Assembly: GCA_036339955.1 (NCBI GenBank)
Contig: JAYYZX010000006.1
Span: forward strand, 68,690-132,689
DNA length: 64,000 nucleotides
Direction: 5' to 3'
DNA from: Bacteroidota bacterium
GTDB lineage: Bacteria; Bacteroidota; Bacteroidia; Flavobacteriales; BACL11
The notes beneath the pieces were generated by a model. The model saw nothing but the letters and a program-made list of their open reading frames with translations, searched no databases and had not been told where the DNA came from. This document shows positions 10,474 to 20,383 of the stretch, in pieces (within the stretch, counting starts at the first letter, position 1; every line of letters starts with the position of its first letter). The position numbers and the translations under genes are program-made.

Positions 10474-11142
10474 TTATTTTAAACTAAATTTAATATATGT
10501 AATTTGTTTCCCTCGATTTAAAAAAATGTTTTCGTAATGAGTTCTAATTCCTAAATGTTGTTTATATAAGGTTTTATCTGTATATAAGTTAGGTGTGTGT
10601 TCTATTAAATTATGTTTATTACTAGAAATAGTCTCTAAAGTAAATTGATATAAATTAATATTATCTGTTTTTAAATGAATAACTCCATTTTTTTTTAAAA
10701 TCTGATTATATTTAAATAAAAAATTATTGTGAGTTAGTCGCTTATTAATAGAGCTTTCCTTTTCATGAGGATCTGGGAATATAATCCAAATTTCATCTAT
10801 CTCTTGTCTTGCAAAACAGTATTCAATAAACTCTATCCTAGTTCTTAAAAAACCAACATTTCTAAGTTTATCTTCTGAAACTGTTTTAGCTCCCGCCCAG
10901 AGCCTAGCCCCTTTTATGTCAATGCCTAAAAAATTTTTATTAGGATATTGAGTACCAAACTCAACACTATATTCCCCTTTCCCGCAAGCTAACTCTAATA
11001 CCAATGGATGACTATTCTTAAAAAATGATTTTTTCCATTTCCCTTTCAAAGGGAAATCATTCTTTAGTTCTTCAATTGAAGGTTGAACTACATGAGAGAA
11101 AGTATTTATCTCAGCAAATTTTTTAAGTTTATTTTTTGCCAT
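10474..11142 (-). CDS. trmB: tRNA (guanine-N7)-methyltransferase (start corrected to MAKNKL)
   Basis: LELACGKGEY, GIDIKGAR, FPDP, HLKTD; the longer ORF start overlaps the divergent gene; TATTTTTG -7 element at 11154-11161. Confidence 0.93.
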   Translation of the reverse strand: MAKNKLKKFAEINTFSHVVQPSIEELKNDFPLKGKWKKSFFKNSHPLVLELACGKGEYSVEFGTQYPNKNFLGIDIKGARLWAGAKTVSEDKLRNVGFLRTRIEFIEYCFARQEIDEIWIIFPDPHEKESSINKRLTHNNFLFKYNQILKKNGVIHLKTDNINLYQFTLETISSNKHNLIEHTPNLYTDKTLYKQHLGIRTHYENIFLNRGKQITYIKFSLK

Positions 11143-11189
11143 TTTTTTTTTACCAAAAATAATAGGGATTTCATTACTTTCGCAGAAAT

Positions 11190-12245
11190 ATGTCAAGAAA
11201 AAAGAAAATTCTAGTAGCTCCACTTGATTGGGGAATAGGGCATGCAACGCGATGTATCCCAATAATTAACAAGCTTGTTGAAAAAGGATTTGAGATTTTA
11301 ATTGCTGGTGAAGGACGGTCATTATCTCTTTTAAAACACGAATTTCCTAATATAGAAACTGTTTATTTAAAAGGATATAATATAGAGTACTCTGCTAAAG
11401 ATAAAATGAATATGACTATAATTAGCCAAATACCTAAAATTCTATATTATATAAAAAAGGAACATACACAAATCAAAAAAATAATTAAAGAATATAAGAT
11501 TGATGGCATAATCTCTGATAGTCGTTTTGGATTATGGAGTGAAAAAATTCCCTCTGTATTTATTACACATCAATTAGAGATTCAAAGTAAGATATTGCAA
11601 TCTAAAATTCAAAAAATAAATTATAAGTATATCAATAAATTTGATGTATGCTGGATATTAGACCATGAAAATAATGGATTAGCAGGAAGGCTCTCGCATC
11701 CGGAATATCTTCCAAAAAATATAATCTATATTGGGCCTCTTTCTAGATTTAAAAACCAAAAAGAACAAATAAAATATGAACTACTAGCACTAATATCTGG
11801 TCCAGAACCGCAACGTAGCATACTAGAAGATATATTAAAAAAACAGATTATAGAATATAATCAGCCTGCATTAATAGTTCTAGGGAAGCCAGATATAAGC
11901 ATTGAAGAAAAAATTAAAAATGTAGAAATAAAATCGCATCTTAATGCTACTGAATTAAATAAGGCTATTTTACAATCGAATATTATAATATGTCGATCAG
12001 GATATTCGAGTGTCATGGATCTAGCTAAACTAAACAAAAAAGTAATTTTTATTCCAACTAAAGGACAAACAGAGCAGGAATATTTGGCAAACTATTTTCA
12101 AGAACAAGGCATCTGTAATTACACGAAACAAGCGGAATTTAATCTCACCGAAAGTCTAGAAAAAAACAAGACTTATAGTGGATTTAACAATTATTTAAAC
12201 AAAAAGATAAATTGGGGAGATTTGTTTTCTTTATTTTTAAAATAA
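11190..12245 (+). CDS. Glycosyltransferase (GT-B, GT28-like)
   Basis: PLDWGIGHATRC, SGPEPQR, RSGYSSVMD, PTKGQTEQEYLA. Confidence 0.85.
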   Translation: MSRKKKILVAPLDWGIGHATRCIPIINKLVEKGFEILIAGEGRSLSLLKHEFPNIETVYLKGYNIEYSAKDKMNMTIISQIPKILYYIKKEHTQIKKIIKEYKIDGIISDSRFGLWSEKIPSVFITHQLEIQSKILQSKIQKINYKYINKFDVCWILDHENNGLAGRLSHPEYLPKNIIYIGPLSRFKNQKEQIKYELLALISGPEPQRSILEDILKKQIIEYNQPALIVLGKPDISIEEKIKNVEIKSHLNATELNKAILQSNIIICRSGYSSVMDLAKLNKKVIFIPTKGQTEQEYLANYFQEQGICNYTKQAEFNLTESLEKNKTYSGFNNYLNKKINWGDLFSLFLK

Positions 12246-12288
12246 TACTAATAAATTAGCGTTATCTTTGATAAGCAATCATACTCCT

Positions 12289-12798
12289 ATGAAAAAAATA
12301 TATTTAGCATTTTTAAGCTTATTTATAATTAGCTCAGCTTGTAAAAAAGAAGTAAATAATAGTGAAAATCTTAATAATAGTGAAAATCCTACGGTACATT
12401 TTCATCATCCATCTTCTAGTGATATGCCAGCTCCAGGAGATACAGTATCTATAATTGCAGACATTACAGATAATAATCATATACATAAAATTTTTTGGTC
12501 CATAACTCCTGATAATAATAATATTGGAGTAGAAGATTCAATGTTTTTCAATGCTACAACTACTGAATATCATCTAGATACATTCTTTATTGCTAATCTG
12601 CACTCTGGAATGATGGCAAATTATACTATTACTATATCAGCATATGACGATCAAAATAATATGGGTTCTGCATCTGTAACCTTTCATGTAATGGATTCTG
12701 GGAATGGAACTTGCTCAACATGTGGCGGAACTGATTGCGGATGCAATCCAAGCACATGTCAATGCAGTATGGGGAACTGTTCCTGTTCTGGGGGCTAA
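12289..12798 (+). CDS. Lipoprotein with Ig-like (DUF4625-like) His/Met-rich domain and Cys-rich C-terminal tail
   Basis: MKKIYL..ISSAC lipobox; GDTV..TDN and AYD..NN..VTFHV beta pattern; tail CSTCGGTDCGCNPSTCQCSMGNCSCSGG; TATCTTTG at 12263-12270. Confidence 0.7.
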   Translation: MKKIYLAFLSLFIISSACKKEVNNSENLNNSENPTVHFHHPSSSDMPAPGDTVSIIADITDNNHIHKIFWSITPDNNNIGVEDSMFFNATTTEYHLDTFFIANLHSGMMANYTITISAYDDQNNMGSASVTFHVMDSGNGTCSTCGGTDCGCNPSTCQCSMGNCSCSGG

Positions 12799-12804
12799 TA
12801 TTTC

Positions 12805-13434
12805 TTATTTTGTAATTATAGAAGCTTTAATATGTATATCTACCTCTTCCCAGGTTTTTGATATACCATCATTTCCTTTATGAAGCTCGTAGCATACCTC
12901 ATGTATTCTATCAAAAGCTTTCGAAGATTTAAATTGAGTTTTCATATTAACTTTCCCTTTAAGTTGAAGTACTGAATTGTTAAAATCTATGGCTAACTTT
13001 AATGGAGCGCTTTCAGAAAAAAGATCAAAGTTAACTGTCACTGAATCTTTTTCAAAATCTCCAAAAGCTCCTTTAATTATAAACTCTTTTGTTACTAATT
13101 TAAAAAAATTATTCGTAAGATTTAAATCACGAATAGGATCTCCTGAATTTGATGAATTCGTTTGTATCTCGAATTTCATTCCTGATAATAGAGCCTCTAT
13201 AGAAGGGAAGAACTCTCCATTTCTATCAAAAGAAAATTCTTCAAAAACACCTACCACTTTGACTTTTTCAGTTGTTTTAAATCCCCCCCAAATAATATCA
13301 ACTTTATTTGGATCTATACTATACAGAACTTCTTCTTTTTTAAATTCTAATGTATCTTGTATATTTTTTTCTGAGTCTTTTGTGTTAGAACAGCTCATTA
13401 AAATAATTGAAATTAATACGATATATCTTTTCAT
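12805..13434 (-). CDS. YceI-like lipoprotein
   Basis: Lipobox LMSC; WGGFKTTEKVKVVGVF, RDLNL..FF, C-terminal CYELH..KTWEEV. Confidence 0.75.
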   Translation of the reverse strand: MKRYIVLISIILMSCSNTKDSEKNIQDTLEFKKEEVLYSIDPNKVDIIWGGFKTTEKVKVVGVFEEFSFDRNGEFFPSIEALLSGMKFEIQTNSSNSGDPIRDLNLTNNFFKLVTKEFIIKGAFGDFEKDSVTVNFDLFSESAPLKLAIDFNNSVLQLKGKVNMKTQFKSSKAFDRIHEVCYELHKGNDGISKTWEEVDIHIKASIITK

Positions 13435-13462
13435 TACAATTTTTTATAATAGATTTGAATTT

Positions 13463-14443
13463 ATGAATAAGAGTCTCAAAGATAGGATTTTTAATCTCAC
13501 CTCCAACGAAGAATTTGAAGATCTGTGTTTGGAATTATTCGAATATCAAATTAAACATAATAGTATTTATAGCAAGTATGCAAAAATAATTTTGCAAGAT
13601 AAAAAACCGAAAACTAGAACTGAAATCCCTTTTTTACCTATTGAGTTTTTTAAAACCCAAAAGATAATATCCTGTGAGAAACAAATAGATAAAATTTTTA
13701 AAAGTAGTGGGACTGAAGGAGAGAGAAGCTGTCATTATGTTGCCGATTTAAAATTATATCAAGATAGTTTTAGCTTATGCTTCAATAAATTTTATGGAGA
13801 CCCAAAACAATATACGATACTGGCTCTTTTACCTTCATATTTGGAGTCAAAACAATCATCTTTAGTTTATATGGTAGATTCATTAATTAAAATCTCCAAT
13901 TCTTCAGCCTCCAATTTTTATAATAAAAATATTGATAAACTTGCTAAAGACATATATGTACTTGAAAAGGAAAAAAGAAAAATATTATTAATAGGGGTAA
14001 GCTATGCATTATTAGACTTTGCAGAAAAATATCCTATGAATTTACAGCATACAACTATTTTAGAGACGGGAGGAATGAAGGGGAAAAGAAGAGAAATAAC
14101 AAAAGAAGAAATGCATAACATACTAAAATATGCATTCAACATAGAAAATATTCATTCAGAATATGGTATGACAGAACTATTGTCACAAGCATATTCTAAT
14201 GGCAATGGAATTTTTAAAACCCCAGCATGGATGAAAATATTAATTAGGGATATACATGATCCATTAACAATAATTGGCAATAAAAAAAGAGGCGGGATTA
14301 ATATAATTGATCTTGCAAATATCTATTCTTGCCCATTTATTGCAACACAAGATTTAGGAGAAAAAATAAATGACAGTACATTTTACCTTTTAGGAAGATA
14401 TGACAACGCAGATACAAGGGGATGTAATTTACTTATACAATGA
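13463..14443 (+). CDS. LuxE/PaaK-like acyl-protein synthetase (start corrected to MNKSLK)
   Basis: IPFLPIEFFK, FKSSGT, ETGGMKG, HSEYGMTELLSQAY, FIATQDLG, RGCN. Confidence 0.88.
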   Translation: MNKSLKDRIFNLTSNEEFEDLCLELFEYQIKHNSIYSKYAKIILQDKKPKTRTEIPFLPIEFFKTQKIISCEKQIDKIFKSSGTEGERSCHYVADLKLYQDSFSLCFNKFYGDPKQYTILALLPSYLESKQSSLVYMVDSLIKISNSSASNFYNKNIDKLAKDIYVLEKEKRKILLIGVSYALLDFAEKYPMNLQHTTILETGGMKGKRREITKEEMHNILKYAFNIENIHSEYGMTELLSQAYSNGNGIFKTPAWMKILIRDIHDPLTIIGNKKRGGINIIDLANIYSCPFIATQDLGEKINDSTFYLLGRYDNADTRGCNLLIQ

Positions 14444-14940
14444 AAATCAGAAAAGCAGAAATTAACGATCTAAATGGTATTATGTCTATGTATCAATCTT
14501 GTGTTGGAGGGATGATAAAAAATGGTATTGATCAGTGGGATTCAACATATCCAAATGCAAGTGTTATTTTGAAAGATATAAAAGAAAAAACATATTATGT
14601 TATTGAAGAGGGGGGTATTATTGGAGGGATAAATATTGACAAGAATCAAGACCCTACATATTTAAATATTAAGTGGTATGATAAAAAAAACCAATTTTTA
14701 GTAGTACATAGGTTAGCTGTAAAAGAAGAATATTGGAGAGAAGGGATTGGGAAAAGGTTGATGTTATTTACTGAAAAACTTGTGATTAAAAACAAATTAA
14801 ATTCTATCCGTTTAGATACATATAGCGGCAATCCATATGCTATAGTTTTTTATAAAAAGTTGGGATATAAAGAATTAGGGTCTATCAATCTAAAACCAAA
14901 TAAAAATGAATATTATTGTTTTGAAAAAATTATTCGATGA
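14440..14940 (+). CDS. GNAT family N-acetyltransferase
   Basis: IDQWD..YP, VHRLAV...GIG, IRLDT..N..A..FY..LGY. Confidence 0.88.
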   Translation: MKIRKAEINDLNGIMSMYQSCVGGMIKNGIDQWDSTYPNASVILKDIKEKTYYVIEEGGIIGGINIDKNQDPTYLNIKWYDKKNQFLVVHRLAVKEEYWREGIGKRLMLFTEKLVIKNKLNSIRLDTYSGNPYAIVFYKKLGYKELGSINLKPNKNEYYCFEKIIR

Positions 14941-15857
14941 GAATCTTACTTTTGTTAATTATTATCTTTTTTGGGGGATGCCATTCTGAAATGAAACAAC
15001 AAACAGATCCATATTTAATTGTACTAGGGGTAGCTCAAGATGCTGGTTATCCTCAGGCAAATTGTAATGACAAATGCTGTAAAGATGCTTGGGAAAATTC
15101 GAAAAAAAGAAAATTTGTTAGTTGTCTTGCTTTGGTAGATCCTCAAACAAAACAACAATGGATATTTGATGCAACTCCTGATATTAAATTTCAATTAAAT
15201 CTTCTTGAGAAAATTTCCGGATTAAATCCGCTAAATGGAATATTTTTAACGCATGCTCATATTGGCCACTATACAGGCTTAATGCAACTAGGTAGAGAAG
15301 TTATGGGAACAAAAAATCTCCCTGTTTTTGCTATGAAAAGAATGGAATATTTTTTAAAAAATAATGCTCCTTGGGATCAATTAACAAAGATTAATAATAT
15401 AAATATTACATCTATAAAAGCAAATACTGACATAGTATTAAACGAAAAAATAAAAATTACTCCTTTTTTAGTTCCTCATAGAGATGAATATTCAGAGACT
15501 GTAGGATATAAGATTAAAACCGAAAGAAAGACGGTGTTATTTATTCCTGATATTGATAAGTGGCATTTGTGGAACACTGATATAGTAACTTTAATATCGA
15601 AAATTGATTATGCCTTTATAGACGGGACTTTTTATAAAGATGGGGAATTAAAAAGAGATATGAGTAGTATTCCTCATCCTTTTGTAACAGAAAGCATGGA
15701 GCTTTTTAAAAATTTATCTAATGAAAATAAATCAAAAATTCATTTTATTCATCTAAATCATACGAATCCTTTATTGCAGGATAATAGCTTAGAGATGCAA
15801 GAGGTGTTACGAAAAGGATTTAAGTGTGCAAAACAAGAAATGATTATTAATCTCTAA
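14937..15857 (+). CDS. MBL-fold metallohydrolase, PqqB-like, probable lipoprotein
   Basis: LGVAQDAGYP, THAHIGH, VPHRDEYSET, DGTF, HLNHTN; N-terminal FFGGC. Confidence 0.82.
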   Translation: MRILLLLIIIFFGGCHSEMKQQTDPYLIVLGVAQDAGYPQANCNDKCCKDAWENSKKRKFVSCLALVDPQTKQQWIFDATPDIKFQLNLLEKISGLNPLNGIFLTHAHIGHYTGLMQLGREVMGTKNLPVFAMKRMEYFLKNNAPWDQLTKINNINITSIKANTDIVLNEKIKITPFLVPHRDEYSETVGYKIKTERKTVLFIPDIDKWHLWNTDIVTLISKIDYAFIDGTFYKDGELKRDMSSIPHPFVTESMELFKNLSNENKSKIHFIHLNHTNPLLQDNSLEMQEVLRKGFKCAKQEMIINL

Positions 15858-16614
15858 TAAAATTTCTAACTATCTTTTCAAGAAGAAGAGGTTCATTAGT
15901 ATGAACCCAATGGCCAGTATTTTTTATGACTTTTATGCTAGAAAAAGGGAAGTAATTATTAATCTTACTGTAATCATCCAAAGTAATATGATTAGACTTT
16001 TCTCCTTTAATAAATAACGTTTCCACATCTATCTTATGTGAAATAAAATTTGCCGTTGAAATATTTTTAATTTGATCTTTTAATGCATAAATGTTAAATC
16101 TCCAAGCAAATTCTTTTTCTTGATTCCTGTATAAATTCTTCATTAAAAAGAGTCTTACCGTATGGTCTTTAATACTCTTCTGAAGCTCTAAGTCTATCTT
16201 GTCTCTATGACTATATTTATTTAACTTTAACTGTAAGAGAGTATCTAAAATATTGATGTGAAAATCTACTGAATATTCTTTAGGAGCAATATCTATAACT
16301 ATCATTTTTTTAAGTAATGATGGGAAATTAGATGCTAGATTCATTGCTACCTTCCCTCCTAAAGAATGTCCTAAAATTATAGCTTTTTGTAATGAATAAT
16401 CTTGTATGTACTCTTTTAAATCTTCATTCATAACTTCATAATTGAATTCTGAATGATGTGGAGACCTTCCGTGATTTCTTAAATCTAACAAATGCACCTC
16501 AAAATTCTGGGATAATCTCTTCCCTATGCTATTCCAATTATCTGACATCCCAAACAATCCATGAAGAATTATCAAAGAATCGCCTTTGCCATATATCTTG
16601 GAAAATAACTTCAT
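15847..16614 (-). CDS. Alpha/beta hydrolase (YbfF-like esterase)
   Basis: HGLFGMSDNW, DLRNHG, GHSLGG, GHWVH. Confidence 0.9.
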   Translation of the reverse strand: MKLFSKIYGKGDSLIILHGLFGMSDNWNSIGKRLSQNFEVHLLDLRNHGRSPHHSEFNYEVMNEDLKEYIQDYSLQKAIILGHSLGGKVAMNLASNFPSLLKKMIVIDIAPKEYSVDFHINILDTLLQLKLNKYSHRDKIDLELQKSIKDHTVRLFLMKNLYRNQEKEFAWRFNIYALKDQIKNISTANFISHKIDVETLFIKGEKSNHITLDDYSKINNYFPFSSIKVIKNTGHWVHTNEPLLLEKIVRNFIRD

Positions 16615-17321
16615 ATGAGTCTCTTATACATTTGTATAGTATTCTCTAGTCCAAAATACAAAGAATCAGATATCAAAGCATGTCCAATTGAAACTTCATT
16701 AAGAAATTTAATATTCTTACAAAAGAATTCTAGATTATCCAAATTTAAATCATGTCCTGCATTAATTCCAATATTCATTTCTTTTGCTACTTCAGCTGAG
16801 ATAACATATGGGCGTATTGCTTTCTCTTTATTTTTAGAAAAATCTGAAGCATAGCTACCAGTATATAATTCAATTCTGTCTGTCCCTGTTTTTTCTACTG
16901 CTTGAATCATTTTAACATCTGGATTAACAAAAATTGAGGTGCGTATTTTATTAGATTGAAATTCACTTACAATCTCTTTCAAAAAACTAGTATGTTTAAT
17001 AGTATCCCACCCTGAATTTGATGTGATAACCTCAACAGTGTCCGGAACTAAAGTTACCTGATCAGGTTTTATATTTAATATCATGTTGATAAACCTCTTG
17101 GATGGATAACCTTCTATATTATATTCTGTAGTGATTTCATCTTTTATATCATATACATCTTGATCCGTTATATGACGCTGATCTTCCCTAGGGTGAACAG
17201 TTATCCCGTCTGCACCATAACATTGGCACTTAATAGCAGCTCCAACAACATTTGGGGTATTACCTCCTCGTGCATTTCGAATAGTAGCTATTTTATTAAT
17301 ATTGACGCTAAGATGAACCAT
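16611..17321 (-). CDS. pdxJ: Pyridoxine 5'-phosphate synthase
   Basis: LSVNINKIATIRNARG, ITVHPREDQRHI, NAGHDL, EVSIGHA. Confidence 0.96.
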   Translation of the reverse strand: MVHLSVNINKIATIRNARGGNTPNVVGAAIKCQCYGADGITVHPREDQRHITDQDVYDIKDEITTEYNIEGYPSKRFINMILNIKPDQVTLVPDTVEVITSNSGWDTIKHTSFLKEIVSEFQSNKIRTSIFVNPDVKMIQAVEKTGTDRIELYTGSYASDFSKNKEKAIRPYVISAEVAKEMNIGINAGHDLNLDNLEFFCKNIKFLNEVSIGHALISDSLYFGLENTIQMYKRLI

Positions 17322-17365
17322 ATATATTTTAATAAATACAAAGTTAAAAAATAGTATGTTTGTTC

Positions 17366-18028
17366 ATGCAAGCAAAAGAACTAATATCTACATCCATCGT
17401 TACAATAGACCCAAAACATGATGGTAATTTAATTCTTTCATTTATGGAGGAACTAAAAATATTGCATCTACCTGTTGTGGATGGGGATCAATATATAGGG
17501 TTAATATCTGAAAGTGAAATTCTTGCTTGGGATGATACTACAGAGTTAATTCAAGAACATATATATAATCTTGCATCTCCTAGTGTTAATGAGGGACAAC
17601 ATCTATTTGAAATTTTGAAAATTATGGATGAAAATAGTTTGTCTTTAATTCCAGTTGTAAATGAAAATCAAGAATATATAGGAGGGATATCTGATAAAAA
17701 ATTACTTTATAAAATTGCAAAAAGCGTTTCTGTACAGAGTATTGGGAGCATCATAGTATTAGAAATGCATGAAAAAGATTATAACATGAGTGAAATATCA
17801 AGAATTATTGAATCTAATAATGCAAAAATATTAAGTTCATATATAACTTCTAACTCTGAATCAACAAAATTAGAATTAACTATAAAAGTCAATAAACTTG
17901 ATATTAGAGATATTATTAGTGATTTAGAACGTTTCGAATATACACTTATGGCCTCTTTTTCTAAAAAAGAAGATTATCCAGGCTTATTAGATAGATTTGA
18001 AGGTTTAATGAGATTCTTAAACCCTTAA
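17366..18028 (+). CDS. CBS domain protein with C-terminal ACT-like domain
   Basis: LPVVD..YIG and IPVVN..YIG CBS pair; ISRIIESNNAKILSS; ATG at 17366. Confidence 0.85.
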   Translation: MQAKELISTSIVTIDPKHDGNLILSFMEELKILHLPVVDGDQYIGLISESEILAWDDTTELIQEHIYNLASPSVNEGQHLFEILKIMDENSLSLIPVVNENQEYIGGISDKKLLYKIAKSVSVQSIGSIIVLEMHEKDYNMSEISRIIESNNAKILSSYITSNSESTKLELTIKVNKLDIRDIISDLERFEYTLMASFSKKEDYPGLLDRFEGLMRFLNP

Positions 18029-18032
18029 GAAT

Positions 18033-19442
18033 ATGAAAAAATGGGGACTAATAATATCTATAATGTCAATTGGTTTTGTTGTTCAAGCTCAACACAAACT
18101 ACCTGTGTATTCAATAAAAATTGAGGGGAATAAAGTCACAAAAAAAGATGTTATTATAAGAGAATTATCTTTTGAAAAAGGGGATTCTCTAACTGTTTCT
18201 GAATTAATATTGGAGATTCAGCAAAGTGAAAAAAACCTGAAGAATATGCAATTATTTAATTTCTTAAAGATTACTTTTTTAATGAAAAATAATAACCGAT
18301 TTAACATCAAAATAGTTGTTGTAGAACAATGGTATGTATTCCCATATCCAATTCTTGAAGTTTCTGAAAGAAATTTTAATGTGTGGTGGGATGAATTTAA
18401 AGCAAGTAATTACTCTGATTTTTCTAGAGTTAACTATGGGGTATTTCTTAATTGGAGAAACTTCAGGGGGAAAAATGAAATATTGAAATTAAAATTTAGA
18501 AGAGGGTTTAAAGAACATTATTTGGCTGAATACAATATCCCTTATATAAACAAAAGAAAAACTTTTGGATTAAAAACAAAAATCAGTCTATTTAGAAGAA
18601 AAAAATCATTTTATAAAACAGAAAATAACCAATTAGAATACTATCAAGATGAAGGTTATTCTACAAAAGATATTGAGCTTGGTTTAGAACTAAAATACAA
18701 ACGGAAGATTCAAACGGTACACTTAATCGGGATATCATACTTCAAAACAATTGTCTCTGATAGTATTGTGCTGAAAAACCCTGATTTTTTTACGAATAAA
18801 GACGATATTAGTACCATAGGAGATTATTATCAATTAAAGTATACCTATCATTATGAAAATCGAGATTACTCTCAATATCCTCTAGATGGCAATTCTATAA
18901 TGATGACAGCAAAAAAAAATATACCTAAAAATAGTCCAGTAAAACATATAGAGTTAACTGCAAAAGTAGAACACTATTTGGAGCCATTTAATGACTTTTT
19001 TTTAGGAACAAGTTTCGAGGCAAACTGGTCCTCTAATGAATATCAACCTTATTTTGTCCAAAGAGGCTTCGGTTTTGGAAAATATGTACGTGGATATGAA
19101 TATTATGTTATTAGTGGACAAAAATATTGGCTCTCTAAAACTGCTGTTCGGCATCCATTAATAGATAAAATAACATTTGAAATTCCTTATATAAAAATTA
19201 ATCAATTTCGAAAAGCACATATTACTGTTTATATGTCTATATTTTCAGATTTAGGATATATAATAGACACGCAACAAAATAATCAAGAAAACCCTCTTTC
19301 TAATATATTGTTGTGGGGAAGGGGAGTCAGTATAGATTTTATAACATACTATGACAGAATAATAACAGTTGAGTATTCTTTAAGAGAAGACAAATTAAGT
19401 AAAGAAAAAGGTATATTTTTGCATTTTTCAAGTTCTTTTTAA
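18033..19442 (+). CDS. Single-POTRA Omp85/BamA-TamA-family outer membrane protein
   Basis: Signal peptide, IEGNKVTK..VIIREL POTRA, VRGYEY, terminal Phe. Confidence 0.8.
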   Translation: MKKWGLIISIMSIGFVVQAQHKLPVYSIKIEGNKVTKKDVIIRELSFEKGDSLTVSELILEIQQSEKNLKNMQLFNFLKITFLMKNNNRFNIKIVVVEQWYVFPYPILEVSERNFNVWWDEFKASNYSDFSRVNYGVFLNWRNFRGKNEILKLKFRRGFKEHYLAEYNIPYINKRKTFGLKTKISLFRRKKSFYKTENNQLEYYQDEGYSTKDIELGLELKYKRKIQTVHLIGISYFKTIVSDSIVLKNPDFFTNKDDISTIGDYYQLKYTYHYENRDYSQYPLDGNSIMMTAKKNIPKNSPVKHIELTAKVEHYLEPFNDFFLGTSFEANWSSNEYQPYFVQRGFGFGKYVRGYEYYVISGQKYWLSKTAVRHPLIDKITFEIPYIKINQFRKAHITVYMSIFSDLGYIIDTQQNNQENPLSNILLWGRGVSIDFITYYDRIITVEYSLREDKLSKEKGIFLHFSSSF

Positions 19443-19459
19443 GTATTAAAATTATAATT

Positions 19460-20341
19460 ATGCGTATAGCTTTTTTCGGCAGTCCATTTCAAAAAAAATC
19501 TACAAAATATATTCAGCATTTAGTAAATAGAATAGAGGCTGAAAAAAAACAACAAATAATAGTTGAGGAGAAATTTTTTGAATTTCTAAAAGATGAAATC
19601 CGTTTTAAACAAAAAATACAAACATTTTCTGCTTTTAATGATTTGAGAGGGAATGCTGATTTTCTTTTTAGTATAGGAGGAGATGGGACTTTATTAAAAG
19701 CGGCAACTTTTGTCAGGAATAGTAATATTCCTATTATGGGGATAAATACTGGTAGATTAGGATTTATATCCAGTATATCGATTGATCAAATTGATTACGC
19801 AATTAATAATCTGATAAAAGAAAAATATAATATAAATAATCGTACATTATTAGAATTATCTACAAAAAACAAACTATTTAAAGACATGAATTTTGCGCTT
19901 AACGAAGTAGCTGTTACAAAAAAAGATACTTCATCGATGATAAAGGTTGAGGCATACCTAAATGATGAATTTTTAAATACATATTGGGCAGATGGATTAA
20001 TTATATCTACTCCAACAGGTTCTACTGGGTATTCTTTAAGTTGTGGTGGACCAATTATAATGCCTGGAACTGGCAATATGATTATTACTCCGATTACTCA
20101 ACATAATCTTAATGTAAGACCAATTGTTGTTGAAGATTCTTCCATAATTAAATTAAGAGTAGAAGATAGAGATCAATTAGCGCTGGTATCCTTAGATTCA
20201 AGATCAAGAGCTTTTGACTCTTCAATAGAACTCACTATCAAAAAAGCTGATTTTTATATTAAACTTATTGAGTTGAAAGATAATACTTTCATCCCCACAG
20301 TCAGAAATAAATTAATGTGGGGAATTGATAAAAGAAATTAG
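19460..20341 (+). CDS. nadK: NAD kinase
   Basis: GGDGT, GINTGRLGF, LNE, DGLIISTPTGSTGYSLSCGGP. Confidence 0.96.
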   Translation: MRIAFFGSPFQKKSTKYIQHLVNRIEAEKKQQIIVEEKFFEFLKDEIRFKQKIQTFSAFNDLRGNADFLFSIGGDGTLLKAATFVRNSNIPIMGINTGRLGFISSISIDQIDYAINNLIKEKYNINNRTLLELSTKNKLFKDMNFALNEVAVTKKDTSSMIKVEAYLNDEFLNTYWADGLIISTPTGSTGYSLSCGGPIIMPGTGNMIITPITQHNLNVRPIVVEDSSIIKLRVEDRDQLALVSLDSRSRAFDSSIELTIKKADFYIKLIELKDNTFIPTVRNKLMWGIDKRN

Positions 20342-20383
20342 ATATATCCCCTTATATTTGTAAAATTAAGACGTAACCCTAAT

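Noticed and set aside
11143-11262. N-terminal extension of trmB overlapping the divergent glycosyltransferase
   Set aside because: Typical TrmB start is MAKNKL at 11142, with a promoter element just upstream
12977-13462. 162-aa N-terminal extension of the LuxE-like ORF
   Set aside because: It is the antisense shadow of the YceI-like gene; homology and a -7 element point to ATG 13463
14937-15857. PQQ biosynthesis
   Set aside because: Only a PqqB-like MBL fold; no pqqA/C/D/E in the window
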